From an uncultured delta proteobacterium (GTDB taxonomy: Bacteria > Myxococcota > Myxococcia > Myxococcales > Myxococcaceae), in the NCBI GenBank assembly GCA_963713045.1, contig CAVQKE010000006.1, forward strand, positions 32,001 to 96,000: a stretch of 64,000 nucleotides of DNA. The letters run 5' to 3'. The first letter of the stretch is position 1; every line of letters starts with the position of its first letter. Below the pieces are notes generated by a model that was not told where the DNA came from, did not search any database, and saw only the letters and a list, made by a program, of their open reading frames with translations. This document shows, piece by piece, positions 18,317-27,963 of this stretch. Both the position numbers and the translations under genes were made by a program.

Positions 18317-19720
18317 ATGTCCGCCGCCGGCCCACCGCTGCCTGCCCTCCGCATGGAATTCCAGCAGCTGTTGCGCCTGGCGGTGCCGCTGGCGTTGACA
18401 CAGGCCGGGCAGTCGCTGATGGGCGCGGTGGACACCGCCGTCGTCGGGCGGACCGGCGCCGTGCAGTTGGCTGGGGTCGGCCTCGGCAACGGCCTCTTTT
18501 TTGCGATTGCGTTTTTCGGCATCGGGCTGTTGATGGGTGCCGACCCGCTCATCTCCCAAGCGGTGGGGGCCGGGGACGCCGTCCGCGCGCGGCGACTCTA
18601 CTGGCAGGCCGCCTACATGGCGGGCGCCGCCAGCTTGGTGCTGGCGCTGCCCATTTTCGCCACCACCCGCGTGCTGCGGCCGCTGGGCATCCCAGCCGAC
18701 GTGGCCGACAGTGCCACCAGCTTCCTGCTGTGGCGGCTTCCAGGCCTTCTGCCGATGCTTCTCTTCTTCGCCGCACGGGCCTACCTGCAGGCCAGCGGCC
18801 GCGCTCTCTGGCTTCTCTACGTGGTGGCCGGCGCCAACGTCGTCAACCTGTTGGGAGACCTGCTCTTCGTGCTGGGCGGCCACGGGCTGCCCGCTTGGGC
18901 TGGGCCGCTGCGCGGCGTGCCCCCCATGGGCGCGGCCGGCGCGGCACTGGTTACCAGCGTCTCGACGCTGCTTCAGTTTTTGGTGTTGGCGGTGGTGGTC
19001 GCCCGGGTGCAGCTGCCGGGCGGGCCGCACCGGGGCCTGCCCGCGCCATTGCCTCTGGACTTGCGGCGAATGTTACGGGTGGGGGTTCCCATCGGGCTGC
19101 ACTACAGCGCCGAGGTGGGCCTCTTTTCTCTGGCCAGCTTTCTCGCCGGGCTTTTCGGCGCGGCCAGCCTCGCGGCGCACCAAGTTGCCCTCAGCTACAG
19201 TTCTTTGACCTTCACCTTCGCGGCGGGCCTGGGCAATGCCGGCGGCGTCCGCGTTGGCTACGCGGTGGGGGCGGGGGACACCCCCAGGGCGCGGCGGAGT
19301 GGGCTGTTGGCCTTCGGCCTGGGCGCTGTCTTCATGGCCTGCGCCGCGGTGGTGTTTCTCCTCTTCCCGCGCGCCTTGGTGGCAGCGATGACCAACTCGG
19401 CTGAGGTGGCCCGGCTGGCCGTCCCGCTCCTCGGTATTACCGCCGTCTTTCAGGTGTCCGACGGCATCCAAGGGGTGGGCGCCGGGGTGCTGCGGGGAGC
19501 CGGGGACACCCACTTCACCTTCCTCGCCAACCTGGTGGGCCATTGGCTGATTGGCCTCCCGGTGGCGCTGCTGTTGGGTTTCGTCGCCGGCCAAGGCGTC
19601 TTCGGCGTCTGGTGGGGACTGGCCGCGGGCCTGACGGCAGTGGCGGTGGCTTTGGCCGGGCGGTTTCTGTGGCTGTCGGCGCGGGAGATTCGACCGCTGG
19701 CCCAGCGGGAGGCGGCTTAG
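18317..19720 (+). CDS. MATE family efflux transporter (NorM-like)
   Basis: LAVPLAL...[38 protein letters not shown]; about 12 TM segments. Confidence 0.92.
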   Translation: MSAAGPPLPALRMEFQQLLRLAVPLALTQAGQSLMGAVDTAVVGRTGAVQLAGVGLGNGLFFAIAFFGIGLLMGADPLISQAVGAGDAVRARRLYWQAAYMAGAASLVLALPIFATTRVLRPLGIPADVADSATSFLLWRLPGLLPMLLFFAARAYLQASGRALWLLYVVAGANVVNLLGDLLFVLGGHGLPAWAGPLRGVPPMGAAGAALVTSVSTLLQFLVLAVVVARVQLPGGPHRGLPAPLPLDLRRMLRVGVPIGLHYSAEVGLFSLASFLAGLFGAASLAAHQVALSYSSLTFTFAAGLGNAGGVRVGYAVGAGDTPRARRSGLLAFGLGAVFMACAAVVFLLFPRALVAAMTNSAEVARLAVPLLGITAVFQVSDGIQGVGAGVLRGAGDTHFTFLANLVGHWLIGLPVALLLGFVAGQGVFGVWWGLAAGLTAVAVALAGRFLWLSAREIRPLAQREAA

Positions 19721-21546
19721 CCGGCCGTCTTCTCTTGGTCGGCGTAGATGGCGTCGGCGATGCGGTAGGCACTGCCCTCCAGCCGCTGCACCGCCTCTTT
19801 CAGGGCAGCCGGGTCTGCGGTGCTGAGCACCTTCTTCAGCGACTCCATGTCGGCACGGATTTCGGCGATGTCGGTCTGGTTGAGCACGTTGGAGTATTCC
19901 TCCAGGCTCTTCTCGGTGGTGTAGAGCAGCCCGTCGGCGCTGTTGCGGAGCTCGGCAACCTCCTTCTTCCGTTTGTCGTCCGCCTGGTGCGCCTGGGCGT
20001 CGCCAATCATCGCCTGAATCTCCTTCTCGGAGAGTCCGGAGGTACTCACCACCCGCACTTGCTGCTGCTTCCCGGTGCCGAGGTCCCGGGCGCTGACGTG
20101 GACGATGCCGTTGGCGTCGATGTCGAAGGAAACCTCAATCTGCGGCACGCCGCGCGGCGCCGGTGGGATGCCGACCAACTCAAAGCGGGCCAGCGTCTTG
20201 TTGTCATCCGCCATCTCACGCTCGCCCTGCAGCACGTGCACGCTGACCAACGGCTGGTTGTCCACCGCCGTGGAGAAGACCTGCCCCTTCTTGCAAGGGA
20301 TGGTGGTGTTCTTGTCGATGATTTTGGTGAAGACGCCTCCGGCCGTTTCCACGCCCAAGGACAACGGGGTGACGTCGAGCAGCAGGACGTCCTTCACCTC
20401 GCCCTTCAACACGCCGCCTTGGATGGCCGCGCCCACCGCCACCACTTCGTCCGGGTTGATGCCCTTGTGCGGCTCCCTCCCAAAAAAGTCCTTCACCCGT
20501 TGCTGCACCTTGGGCATCCGCGTCATTCCCCCCACCAACAGCACCTGGTGGATGGCTTGCGGCTGCAGCCCGGCGTCCTTGAGGGCCAGGCGGCACGGTT
20601 CAATGGTGCGTTCGATGAGGTCCGCCACCATCGAGTCCAAGGTGGCCCGGTCGATGGTTTCAATCAGGTGCTTGGGGCCGCTTTGGTCGGCGGTGATGAA
20701 GGGCAGGTTGAGCTCGGTCTCGGTGGCGCTGGACAGCTCGTGCTTGGCCCGCTCGGCGGCCTCCTTCAGCCGCTGCAGCGCCATCCGGTCCTTGCGCAAG
20801 TCGATGCCGTTTTGCTCCTGAAAGCGCTTGGCGACGTAATCCACAATCCGTTGGTCGAAGTCTTCGCCGCCGAGGAAGGTGTCGCCGTTGGTGCTCTTCA
20901 CCTCGAAGACGCCGCCGTTGAGTTCGAGGATGGAAATGTCGAAGGTGCCGCCGCCCAAGTCATAGACGGCCACCCGCTCGCTCTTGTTGTCCTTGCCTCG
21001 GTCAAGCCCGTAGGCCAGCGCGGCGGCGGTCGGCTCGTTGATGATGCGCAGCACGTTGAGTCCGGCGATGCGCCCGGCGTCCTTGGTGGCTTGGCGCTGA
21101 CTGTCGTTGAAGTAGGCAGGGACGGTGATGACGGCTTCGGTCACCGGTTCGCCGAGGTAGTCCTCAGCCGTCTGCTTCATCTTCAGCAGCACCTGGGCCG
21201 AGACTTCCTGGGGGCTGAGCAGCTTGCCCCGGACGTCCAGCCAGGCGTCGCCGTTGGGTGAGGACACCACCTTGAAGGGCGACGCCGTCACCGCGCGCCT
21301 GGCCTCGGGCGTCTCCAGTTTGCGCCCAATCAGCCGCTTCACGGCAAACAGGGTGTTCTCGGCATTGGTGACGGCCTGACGCTTGGCGATTTGTCCCACC
21401 AGCCGCTCCCCGGAGTCGGTGAAGGCGACGATGGAAGGGGTGGTGCGACTTCCTTCGCTGTTGGGGATGACGACCGGCTCGCCGCCTTCCATGACGGCGA
21501 CGCAGGAGTTGGTGGTCCCGAGGTCGATGCCAATCACCTTGCTCAT
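19717..21546 (-). CDS. dnaK: Hsp70 chaperone DnaK (short-tailed; likely the SglK-type paralog of myxobacteria)
   Basis: [52 protein letters not shown] overlap with grpE. Confidence 0.97.
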   Translation of the reverse strand: MSKVIGIDLGTTNSCVAVMEGGEPVVIPNSEGSRTTPSIVAFTDSGERLVGQIAKRQAVTNAENTLFAVKRLIGRKLETPEARRAVTASPFKVVSSPNGDAWLDVRGKLLSPQEVSAQVLLKMKQTAEDYLGEPVTEAVITVPAYFNDSQRQATKDAGRIAGLNVLRIINEPTAAALAYGLDRGKDNKSERVAVYDLGGGTFDISILELNGGVFEVKSTNGDTFLGGEDFDQRIVDYVAKRFQEQNGIDLRKDRMALQRLKEAAERAKHELSSATETELNLPFITADQSGPKHLIETIDRATLDSMVADLIERTIEPCRLALKDAGLQPQAIHQVLLVGGMTRMPKVQQRVKDFFGREPHKGINPDEVVAVGAAIQGGVLKGEVKDVLLLDVTPLSLGVETAGGVFTKIIDKNTTIPCKKGQVFSTAVDNQPLVSVHVLQGEREMADDNKTLARFELVGIPPAPRGVPQIEVSFDIDANGIVHVSARDLGTGKQQQVRVVSTSGLSEKEIQAMIGDAQAHQADDKRKKEVAELRNSADGLLYTTEKSLEEYSNVLNQTDIAEIRADMESLKKVLSTADPAALKEAVQRLEGSAYRIADAIYADQEKTAG

Positions 21547-22274
21547 GAACCCTCTTCGTCGCCTCCAGGCTGCAGGGGGCTTGGGCCGGAAGGCGCCTCG
21601 CCCGCGTCGGTGACAACCGGCGAGCGGGCCACCGACACCAGCGCCGGTCGCACCAGCCGGTCATTCAGCGTCCAGCCGCGCAGCACCTCGGCCACCACCG
21701 TGTTGGGCGCGGCCTCGGCCGACTCCACCGTCCCGATGGCTTCATGCAGGTTGGGGTCAAACGGCTGTCCGAGGGTCACCAGCGGCCGGGCGCCGTGGCG
21801 CAAAAGGGTGTCCTCAAACTGCTTGCGCGTCATTTGAAGCCCCTGCTCCAGGCTGCCCCAGTCCGCGGTGGCGCTGCCCTGGCCGAGGGCCCGCTCCAGG
21901 TTGTCCAGCACCGGTAGAAAGTCCTTCAACAGCCTTTCATTGGCGAAGCGCGTGCCTTCGGCCAACTCGCGCTGGGCGCGCTTGCGGGCGTTGTCCAAGT
22001 CCGCTGCGGCGCGCAGGGCCGTCTCCCGCTGGGATTTGAGTTGCGTCTGCAGCTCAGCCACCCGGGCCTCGGCAGCCTCCAACCGCGCGGCCAAGTCCGA
22101 CGAGGAGTCTGGCGGTGGCCCGCTGGGCGCCTCGCTGCCGGCGGCCTCGGGCGGCGGCCCGACGTGAACCGCCGGCGCTTCGCCCGAGCGCGTGCGCTGC
22201 TCCACGCTGTCCAGGGCAGCGGCGATGACGTCCTCGCCAATGTCGGCGGAGAACTTGCCCTTTCCAGTGGCCAC
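21543..22274 (-). CDS. grpE: Nucleotide exchange factor GrpE
   Basis: [40 protein letters not shown]. Confidence 0.95.
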   Translation of the reverse strand: MATGKGKFSADIGEDVIAAALDSVEQRTRSGEAPAVHVGPPPEAAGSEAPSGPPPDSSSDLAARLEAAEARVAELQTQLKSQRETALRAAADLDNARKRAQRELAEGTRFANERLLKDFLPVLDNLERALGQGSATADWGSLEQGLQMTRKQFEDTLLRHGARPLVTLGQPFDPNLHEAIGTVESAEAAPNTVVAEVLRGWTLNDRLVRPALVSVARSPVVTDAGEAPSGPSPLQPGGDEEGS

Positions 22275-22318
22275 GGTGAGTCAAGACTATGGCACAGCCG
22301 CCCGTCCGCCGGTGGGCG

Positions 22319-22645
22319 CTACCCGCGGCGCGTCCCGCCTCGCCTGGTTGCCCGCTTTGCCGGGGCTTTCTTGGCTTTCCTGGAAGGCTTCCGCTTCCGC
22401 GGCGGCTTCTGGGGCTTCCCGCCGAAGGCTTCCTGCAACCGACTGGCCGCCTCGGCAGCGGTCTTCTTGGCGGCTTGCCCCAGCTGCTGGAGGCGCTCCT
22501 TCAGCCTGGTCCGCATCTCCGGGTCGGTCACCTCGTCCAACAGCCGCTGCGACTCGGCCTTGAGGTCTTCCCCCGTCTTGCGCAGCTCCTCCCCGGCAGC
22601 CTTGAGGTAGTCCATCAACTTCTCGTCCCACGGTTGTTGCGCCAT
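22319..22645 (-). CDS. Small helical protein with a Lys/Arg/Ala/Pro-rich histone-like tail
   Basis: Purine-rich RBS (GAGGAAGGAG) upstream; fills the gap between larC and grpE; amphipathic helices followed by KPPRKRKPSRKAKKAPAKRATRRGG. Confidence 0.8.
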   Translation of the reverse strand: MAQQPWDEKLMDYLKAAGEELRKTGEDLKAESQRLLDEVTDPEMRTRLKERLQQLGQAAKKTAAEAASRLQEAFGGKPQKPPRKRKPSRKAKKAPAKRATRRGGTRRG

Positions 22646-22687
22646 GCCCCGCTCCTTCCTCTTTTCCGTCTGTCGTCTTCCAATGCC

Positions 22688-23860
22688 TCAGCCGCGGCGC
22701 GCATAGGCGGCGATTGCCTCGGCCCACACCTGCTTCACCGGGACACCCGACGCGCGCGCCAGGGCCCGGACGTCGTCGTACTCCGGCGCGACATTCAACG
22801 TCTCCCCCCCCAGGCTGCCGACTTTGATGCGCACCGGCCCGTAAGGCGTCTCCACGCTGACATGGTGCCGCGCCAGCGTCGTGCGCTCCACTGGAAACGT
22901 CCGGAAACCCAAGGTGGTGGACTCGCGCAGCACCACCTCCACCACCGCTTGCCGCCGCTCGGCAGTCACCAGGGCGCCCAACAGGTGGCCCGGCCTCCCC
23001 TTCTTCATGGTGACCGGCACCACCCAGGCGTCCAGTGCGCCCGCGGCCAAAAGGGCCTCCACCACGCTGCCCAACAGCTGGGGCGTGCAGTCGTCGAGGT
23101 TGGTTTCCAGGACGTACGTCCCCGTGTCCACCTCGGCCGACGGGTGCCCGAGTGTTGCCCGGAGGACATTCGGCCGGTCCGCCAGCTCACGCGTCCCAAC
23201 GCCATAGCCCACCCGCTCCACCACCATTTCCGGCGGGGGCGTCCCTTGGGCCAGTACCCGCACCAGCGCCGCACCGGTGGGTGTGGTGAGCTCTCCCACA
23301 CCTTCGAAGCGGACGGCCAGGCCTTGGAGAAGCTCCAGCGTGGCCGGACTGGGGACAGGCATCGGCCCGTGCGCCGTCTGCACCATGCCACTGCCCAGGG
23401 GCACAGGGGCGCAGTGCACTTCGGGGTCCCCCAGCAATTCCATCGCCAGGGCCGCGCCACAGATGTCGAGGATGGAGTCCACGGCGCCCACTTCGTGAAA
23501 GGCAACCGTCTGCAGCGGGACGCCGTGGATGGAGGCCTCCACCCGGCCAATGGCCTCAAAGGTGGCGGCGGCCCGCTGCCGCGCACGCTGTGGCAGCTGG
23601 GAGTTGGACACCAGACGGAGAATTTCCGAAAGCGGCCGATGTCCAGACGCTTGCCCAGCCTGCACCAGCAGCTGCACCTGGACGCCGGTCAGGCCGTGGC
23701 GGGTGGCGGCCGTCGCCACCAGCTGCCAGTCGCCCAGTGGCAGCGTGCGCAGTCCCTCCTCCAGCGCGCGCTGCGGGACGCCGAGGTCCAACGCGGCGCC
23801 AAGAAACATGTCCCCGGCGATGCCGCCCACCGGCTCCAGGTAGAGAATGCGGCGACTCAC
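22688..23860 (-). CDS. larC: Nickel-pincer cofactor nickel insertase
   Basis: GIAGDMFLGA, FHEVGAVDSILDI, HGPMPVPSPAT, ELTTPTGAA, LETNLDD, MKKGRPG, PEYDD; a single uninterrupted frame. Confidence 0.93.
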   Translation of the reverse strand: MSRRILYLEPVGGIAGDMFLGAALDLGVPQRALEEGLRTLPLGDWQLVATAATRHGLTGVQVQLLVQAGQASGHRPLSEILRLVSNSQLPQRARQRAAATFEAIGRVEASIHGVPLQTVAFHEVGAVDSILDICGAALAMELLGDPEVHCAPVPLGSGMVQTAHGPMPVPSPATLELLQGLAVRFEGVGELTTPTGAALVRVLAQGTPPPEMVVERVGYGVGTRELADRPNVLRATLGHPSAEVDTGTYVLETNLDDCTPQLLGSVVEALLAAGALDAWVVPVTMKKGRPGHLLGALVTAERRQAVVEVVLRESTTLGFRTFPVERTTLARHHVSVETPYGPVRIKVGSLGGETLNVAPEYDDVRALARASGVPVKQVWAEAIAAYARRG

Positions 23861-24609
23861 CGTCGGCGCCCTCGGGACACCAGCGCGGCGTAGAAGCCGC
23901 CTCCAAAGCCATTGTCCACATTCACCACCGCGACGTTGGGGGCACAGGAATTCACCATGGTGAGGAGAGCCGAGAGGCCGCCGAGGTTGGCTCCGTAGCC
24001 CACGCTGGTGGGCACTGCCACCACCGGGACGCCCACCAGCCCCCCCACCACCGAGGCCAGCGCCCCCTCCATACCGGCCACCACCACCGCGGCGTCGGAC
24101 TGCTGCACCTCAGCCCGGCGGCGCAACAGCCGGTGCAGCCCGGCCACGCCGACGTCGTACACCCGCGCCACCTGGGCGCCCAACGCTGCGGCGGTAACGG
24201 CCGCCTCCTCCGCCACTGGGATGTCCGACGTCCCAGCGCACACCACCGCCACCCGGCCCGCCCGTGGCCGCCGGCCCTGGGCCAGCTGGAGAATTCTCGC
24301 CTCCGGGTGCCAAAGCGCCGACGGCCAGCGCCGACGCAGGGCCTCGGCTTTGTCCTCGGCCAGCCGCGTCACCAGCACCGGCTGACCGCGGCCGGCCAGC
24401 ACCTCCACAATGCCCTCCAGCTGCACCAGGCTTTTGCGCTCGCCGTACACCACTTCGGGAAAGCCGGAGCGCAAGCTGCGGTGGGTGTCCACCGTGGCGT
24501 AGCCGAGGCGGGCGAAGGGAAGGTCGGTCAACGCCTGCGCCGCCTCGTCCACGCTGGCGCGGCCCGAGGCCACTCGGCGAAGCAACCTCCTCAGCGACGG
24601 GGCATCCAT
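23857..24609 (-). CDS. larB: Nickel-pincer cofactor biosynthesis carboxylase/hydrolase (PurE-like)
   Basis: AGTSDIPVAEEA, DVGVAGLHRL, VAGMEGAL, VPTSVGYG, NSCA, VVNVDNGFG. Confidence 0.95.
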   Translation of the reverse strand: MDAPSLRRLLRRVASGRASVDEAAQALTDLPFARLGYATVDTHRSLRSGFPEVVYGERKSLVQLEGIVEVLAGRGQPVLVTRLAEDKAEALRRRWPSALWHPEARILQLAQGRRPRAGRVAVVCAGTSDIPVAEEAAVTAAALGAQVARVYDVGVAGLHRLLRRRAEVQQSDAAVVVAGMEGALASVVGGLVGVPVVAVPTSVGYGANLGGLSALLTMVNSCAPNVAVVNVDNGFGGGFYAALVSRGRRR

Positions 24610-24624
24610 GGCGCGTCCTCTCCT

Positions 24625-25197
24625 TCAACCCACGCCCAGCGCATGCAACAGCGGCTTCAGCGTTTGTGCCTCGGGGACAAACAGCAGCTCGGCAGCAAAG
24701 GCGTCGGACTTCAGCCGCGCCGCCAGCACCCAGACCTCTGCCCCATGGGCCAACGTCTGCGCCAGTTCGGCCGCCGAGCAACGCCACACGCGCAGCGCCG
24801 CGGGCTGCAGGTGGAGCCCGGTCAGCTTCCTCATCGCCCCAAGCGCCGAGGCCAGCGCCTCGCGGGTCGCCTCGGCAAGGGCCTTGTCCCGACGCGGCGC
24901 CCCCCTTTCCAGCCGGTCCACCAGGGAGGCCGCGTCGGCTGGGAAGAAGACAAGCCACAGCTGGCCTTGCGCCCCGCCCCACACCGGGTGGCCGGCCGCC
25001 ACCCGGGCCGCCCCCTCCCCGCCAAGCCACGCCGCCAACCCGGCTTCTGACAGGCAGCGGGCCTCCGGCGGCTGGAAGTCCAGCCGCTCGCCGAACAGCC
25101 TCTGGCTGAGGGCAGCCGCGGCGTGGCCGGCGCCGACGTTGGTCAGCTCGCGCAGCGCGTCCTGCTGCGCCTCATTCAGCGCGGCTTCCACCCTCAC
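24625..25197 (-). CDS. CheC-like phosphatase (DifG-like)
   Basis: DALRELTNVGAGHAAAALS (E-x2-N) and terminal LLFVP; follows CheA with a GTGA overlap. Confidence 0.8.
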   Translation of the reverse strand: MRVEAALNEAQQDALRELTNVGAGHAAAALSQRLFGERLDFQPPEARCLSEAGLAAWLGGEGAARVAAGHPVWGGAQGQLWLVFFPADAASLVDRLERGAPRRDKALAEATREALASALGAMRKLTGLHLQPAALRVWRCSAAELAQTLAHGAEVWVLAARLKSDAFAAELLFVPEAQTLKPLLHALGVG

Positions 25198-27125
25198 CCC
25201 AAAAGCCGCGGCACGTCGAGGATGAAGACCGGTCGGCCGGTGCCGAGAATGGTGACCCCAGCCAGGCCGGGCACCTGGTCCAGGGGCCGGGAAAGCGCCT
25301 TCAGCACCACCTCCTCCTGCCCCACCAGGACATCCACCGCGAGGGCCACCGGCCCGGGCTCAGCCTCCATCACCACGTAGGGCCGCTCGCCGGCGGCCGC
25401 AGTGTCTGCAAAGCCCAACAGCCGCGCCAGCCCGTGCACCGGTACCAGCGCCTTGTCATGACGCAACAGCTGCGTCCCGGTGTTGGCGTCCACCGCAGGC
25501 GGCTCGGCTTGCACCGCGGCCAGCACCTTGGTGATGGGAAGCCCCAGCACCTCGCCACCGGCCTGCACCAACAGCAGCTGCAACACCGCAACTGTGAGGG
25601 GGAGGCGGAAGGTGATGCAGGTGCCCTGTCCCGCTTGGGAGGCAAGCTCCAGCGTCCCGCCCACCCGCTCCACCGCCCGCTTCACGGCGTCCATGCCCAC
25701 GCCGCGGCCGGAGATGTCACTCACATCGCGCGCCGTCGAGATGCCCGGGAGGCAGGCCAAGAGCAGCGCCTCGCTTCTCGGCAGGCGCGCCGCCGCCTCA
25801 GCGCTGAGGACGCCTCGCGCCACCGCGGAGGCGCACAGGGCCTCGGCGTCCATGCCCTTGCCGTCATCGGCGACGTCGATGTTGACGCGGTCGCGCACCC
25901 GCCGCACGGTGACACCCACCCGGCCCCGCGACGGCTTTCCGGCGGCAATGCGCTCCGCCGCGTCCTCAATTCCATGGTCGATGGCGTTGCGCAGCACATG
26001 CAGCAGCGGCTCGGCCAGCACGTCCAGAATCGCGCGGTCCAATTCAATGTCCGCGCCCTCCACCACCAAGTCCACCTCTCGGCTGCGGCGACGGGCGACG
26101 TCGCGGACGGCGCGCGGCAGCTGGTCGGTCAGCACCGCCACCGGCGTCATGCGGGCCCCCATCACCCGGCCGTGCATCTCCTTGGCCAGGCTGTGCAGCC
26201 GGTCGACGCCCTCTTCCAGCGCCGGACGCTGCGCTTCGCCCAGGCGCCTCCCCAACTCCCGCAACCGGGCAGTGGCCAGAAGCAGCTCTCCGGCCAATTC
26301 AAGAAAGTCATCCAACAGCTCGGTCCGCACCCGGACGCTGCGGGTGGCTTCCAACGGGGTCTCGGCCAAGGCGCCGGGACGCGACCGGTAGGGGGCCACC
26401 GACAGCACTTCGACGTCCGGCAGCCCCTCCAGCATCCGGCGCACGGCGGCCTCCCCGCCCTGCGCCTCCACGGCAATGGTGAAGCGCCCCTCCGGAAGGG
26501 CTCCGGCGCGCAGCTCCTCCAGCGGAGGCTGGACGTCGAGCAGCGTGCCGAGGGCGGCCAGCTTCCGGTAGACGAGGAAGGCCCGCGCCCCGGGGCTCGC
26601 CGAAGACGGCCGCACCTGCGCCTGGACGTCCAGGGCGCCCGGCCCGGGGACCGGCGGCAGCGGTGCCGGCGCCGAGTCGACGCTGGGCGGCATCAGGACC
26701 GCCCGGGCGACGCGGGTGGGCTTGGGCGGTTGGCCGGTCCGGACCCGCACCGCCTCCGCCAGCCGGCCCAGCAGCGCCGACGGCAGGGGGAGGGTCTCGC
26801 TGGCGCCGGCCGCCCGCACTTGGGCTTCCATGGTGTCGGTGGCTTCCAGCATCAAATCCACCAGGGACTGCTCCCAGCTGCCGGCGTCGCTGCGGAGCGC
26901 CTCCACCAAGTCCTCCACCCGGTGGGCCAGGGTGGCAATGGCCTCCAGCCCCATGGAGGCCGCCATGCCCTTCACCGAATGGGCGTGGCGGAACAGCGAG
27001 TCCACCGTCTCCGGGGCCACCTGACGCTCCAGCGCCACCAAGTCCCGGGACAGCGCCTCCAGGTGCTCGCCGGCCTCGGCCACGAAGAGGCCTAGGTAGC
27101 GGGACATGTCGACGTCGGCCGGCAC
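25194..27125 (-). CDS. cheA: Chemotaxis histidine kinase CheA (DifE-like)
   Basis: Hpt LFRHAHSVKGMAASMG, one P2-like region, dimerisation SVRVRTELLD, HVLRNAIDHGIE, DDGKGMD, SGRGVGMD, C-terminal CheW domain. Confidence 0.95.
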   Translation of the reverse strand: MPADVDMSRYLGLFVAEAGEHLEALSRDLVALERQVAPETVDSLFRHAHSVKGMAASMGLEAIATLAHRVEDLVEALRSDAGSWEQSLVDLMLEATDTMEAQVRAAGASETLPLPSALLGRLAEAVRVRTGQPPKPTRVARAVLMPPSVDSAPAPLPPVPGPGALDVQAQVRPSSASPGARAFLVYRKLAALGTLLDVQPPLEELRAGALPEGRFTIAVEAQGGEAAVRRMLEGLPDVEVLSVAPYRSRPGALAETPLEATRSVRVRTELLDDFLELAGELLLATARLRELGRRLGEAQRPALEEGVDRLHSLAKEMHGRVMGARMTPVAVLTDQLPRAVRDVARRRSREVDLVVEGADIELDRAILDVLAEPLLHVLRNAIDHGIEDAAERIAAGKPSRGRVGVTVRRVRDRVNIDVADDGKGMDAEALCASAVARGVLSAEAAARLPRSEALLLACLPGISTARDVSDISGRGVGMDAVKRAVERVGGTLELASQAGQGTCITFRLPLTVAVLQLLLVQAGGEVLGLPITKVLAAVQAEPPAVDANTGTQLLRHDKALVPVHGLARLLGFADTAAAGERPYVVMEAEPGPVALAVDVLVGQEEVVLKALSRPLDQVPGLAGVTILGTGRPVFILDVPRLLG

Positions 27126-27135
27126 GGTGCCTCTC

Positions 27136-27513
27136 CTAGCCCGCGACTTCCTCGCCCAGCACCTTGCGCACCACGCTGAGGACGTCCTCGGCGCGGAAGG
27201 GCTTCACCAGGAAGTCGGCGGCGCCGGCCTCCAGCGCCTCCAGGACGAGGGCTTCCTGGCCGAGCGCTGAACAGATGACGACCACGGCTGAAGCGTCCCC
27301 CCGGACAATTTCCCGCGTGGCCTCCACCCCATTCTTGTAGGGCATCACGATGTCCATGGTGGTGAGGTCCGGCTTCAACTCATGGTGCCGCTGGACCGCC
27401 TCCACCCCGTGGCTGGCCTCGCCCACCACCCGGTAGCCAGCCTCGACGAGAATTTCCCGCAGCATGTTTCGCATGAAGGACGCATCGTCGACGATGAGGA
27501 CTCGCTTCGCCAT
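27136..27513 (-). CDS. cheY: Single-domain response regulator CheY (DifD-like)
   Basis: LIVDD, MDIVMP, CSA, VKPF; 125 aa. Confidence 0.93.
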   Translation of the reverse strand: MAKRVLIVDDASFMRNMLREILVEAGYRVVGEASHGVEAVQRHHELKPDLTTMDIVMPYKNGVEATREIVRGDASAVVVICSALGQEALVLEALEAGAADFLVKPFRAEDVLSVVRKVLGEEVAG

Positions 27514-27529
27514 GGCGCTCGGGCAAAGC

Positions 27530-27958
27530 CTACCTACCTCCGAATAGCCCAGTCACCCGGGCTTCAAGGGCGTCGACGTCGAGGAGCTGCACTTCGAGGT
27601 CCCCCAGCCGCGCTACACCCCGCACCAGGCCAGTGGCCGCGACCGGGCCGTCCACCAGGGTGAGTTCTTCAATGGCCTCCACGTCGGCCACGCCGAGGGC
27701 CAGGTCGCGGCGGCCCCGGTCGAGCAGCAGCAGCTTGGGCGCCGGCGCCGAGGCCTCGCCCAGCGCCAGGACGGGCCGCAAGTCGACCACCGCCACCACG
27801 CGGCCGCGCAAGTTGACGACGCCAGTCACTGCCGGCGCCGACCGAGGGACGCGGGTGAAGTGCTCCGGGGTCACCACCACCTCGCGCACCGCCGAGAGGG
27901 GCAGCGCGTAGCGGCCGGTCTCAACCCGGAAGACGACGTGCCGCGCGCTGTCAGCCAT
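27530..27958 (-). CDS. cheW: CheW coupling protein (DifC-like)
   Basis: YALPLSAVREV, TRVP, GVVNLRGRVVAVVDL. Confidence 0.93.
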   Translation of the reverse strand: MADSARHVVFRVETGRYALPLSAVREVVVTPEHFTRVPRSAPAVTGVVNLRGRVVAVVDLRPVLALGEASAPAPKLLLLDRGRRDLALGVADVEAIEELTLVDGPVAATGLVRGVARLGDLEVQLLDVDALEARVTGLFGGR

Positions 27959-27963
27959 CGGGG

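Noticed and set aside
19543..21261. 572-aa ORF antisense to dnaK
   Set aside because: This is the well-known shadow frame opposite Hsp70 genes (often mislabelled NAD-specific glutamate dehydrogenase). It arises from codon bias and has no independent support.
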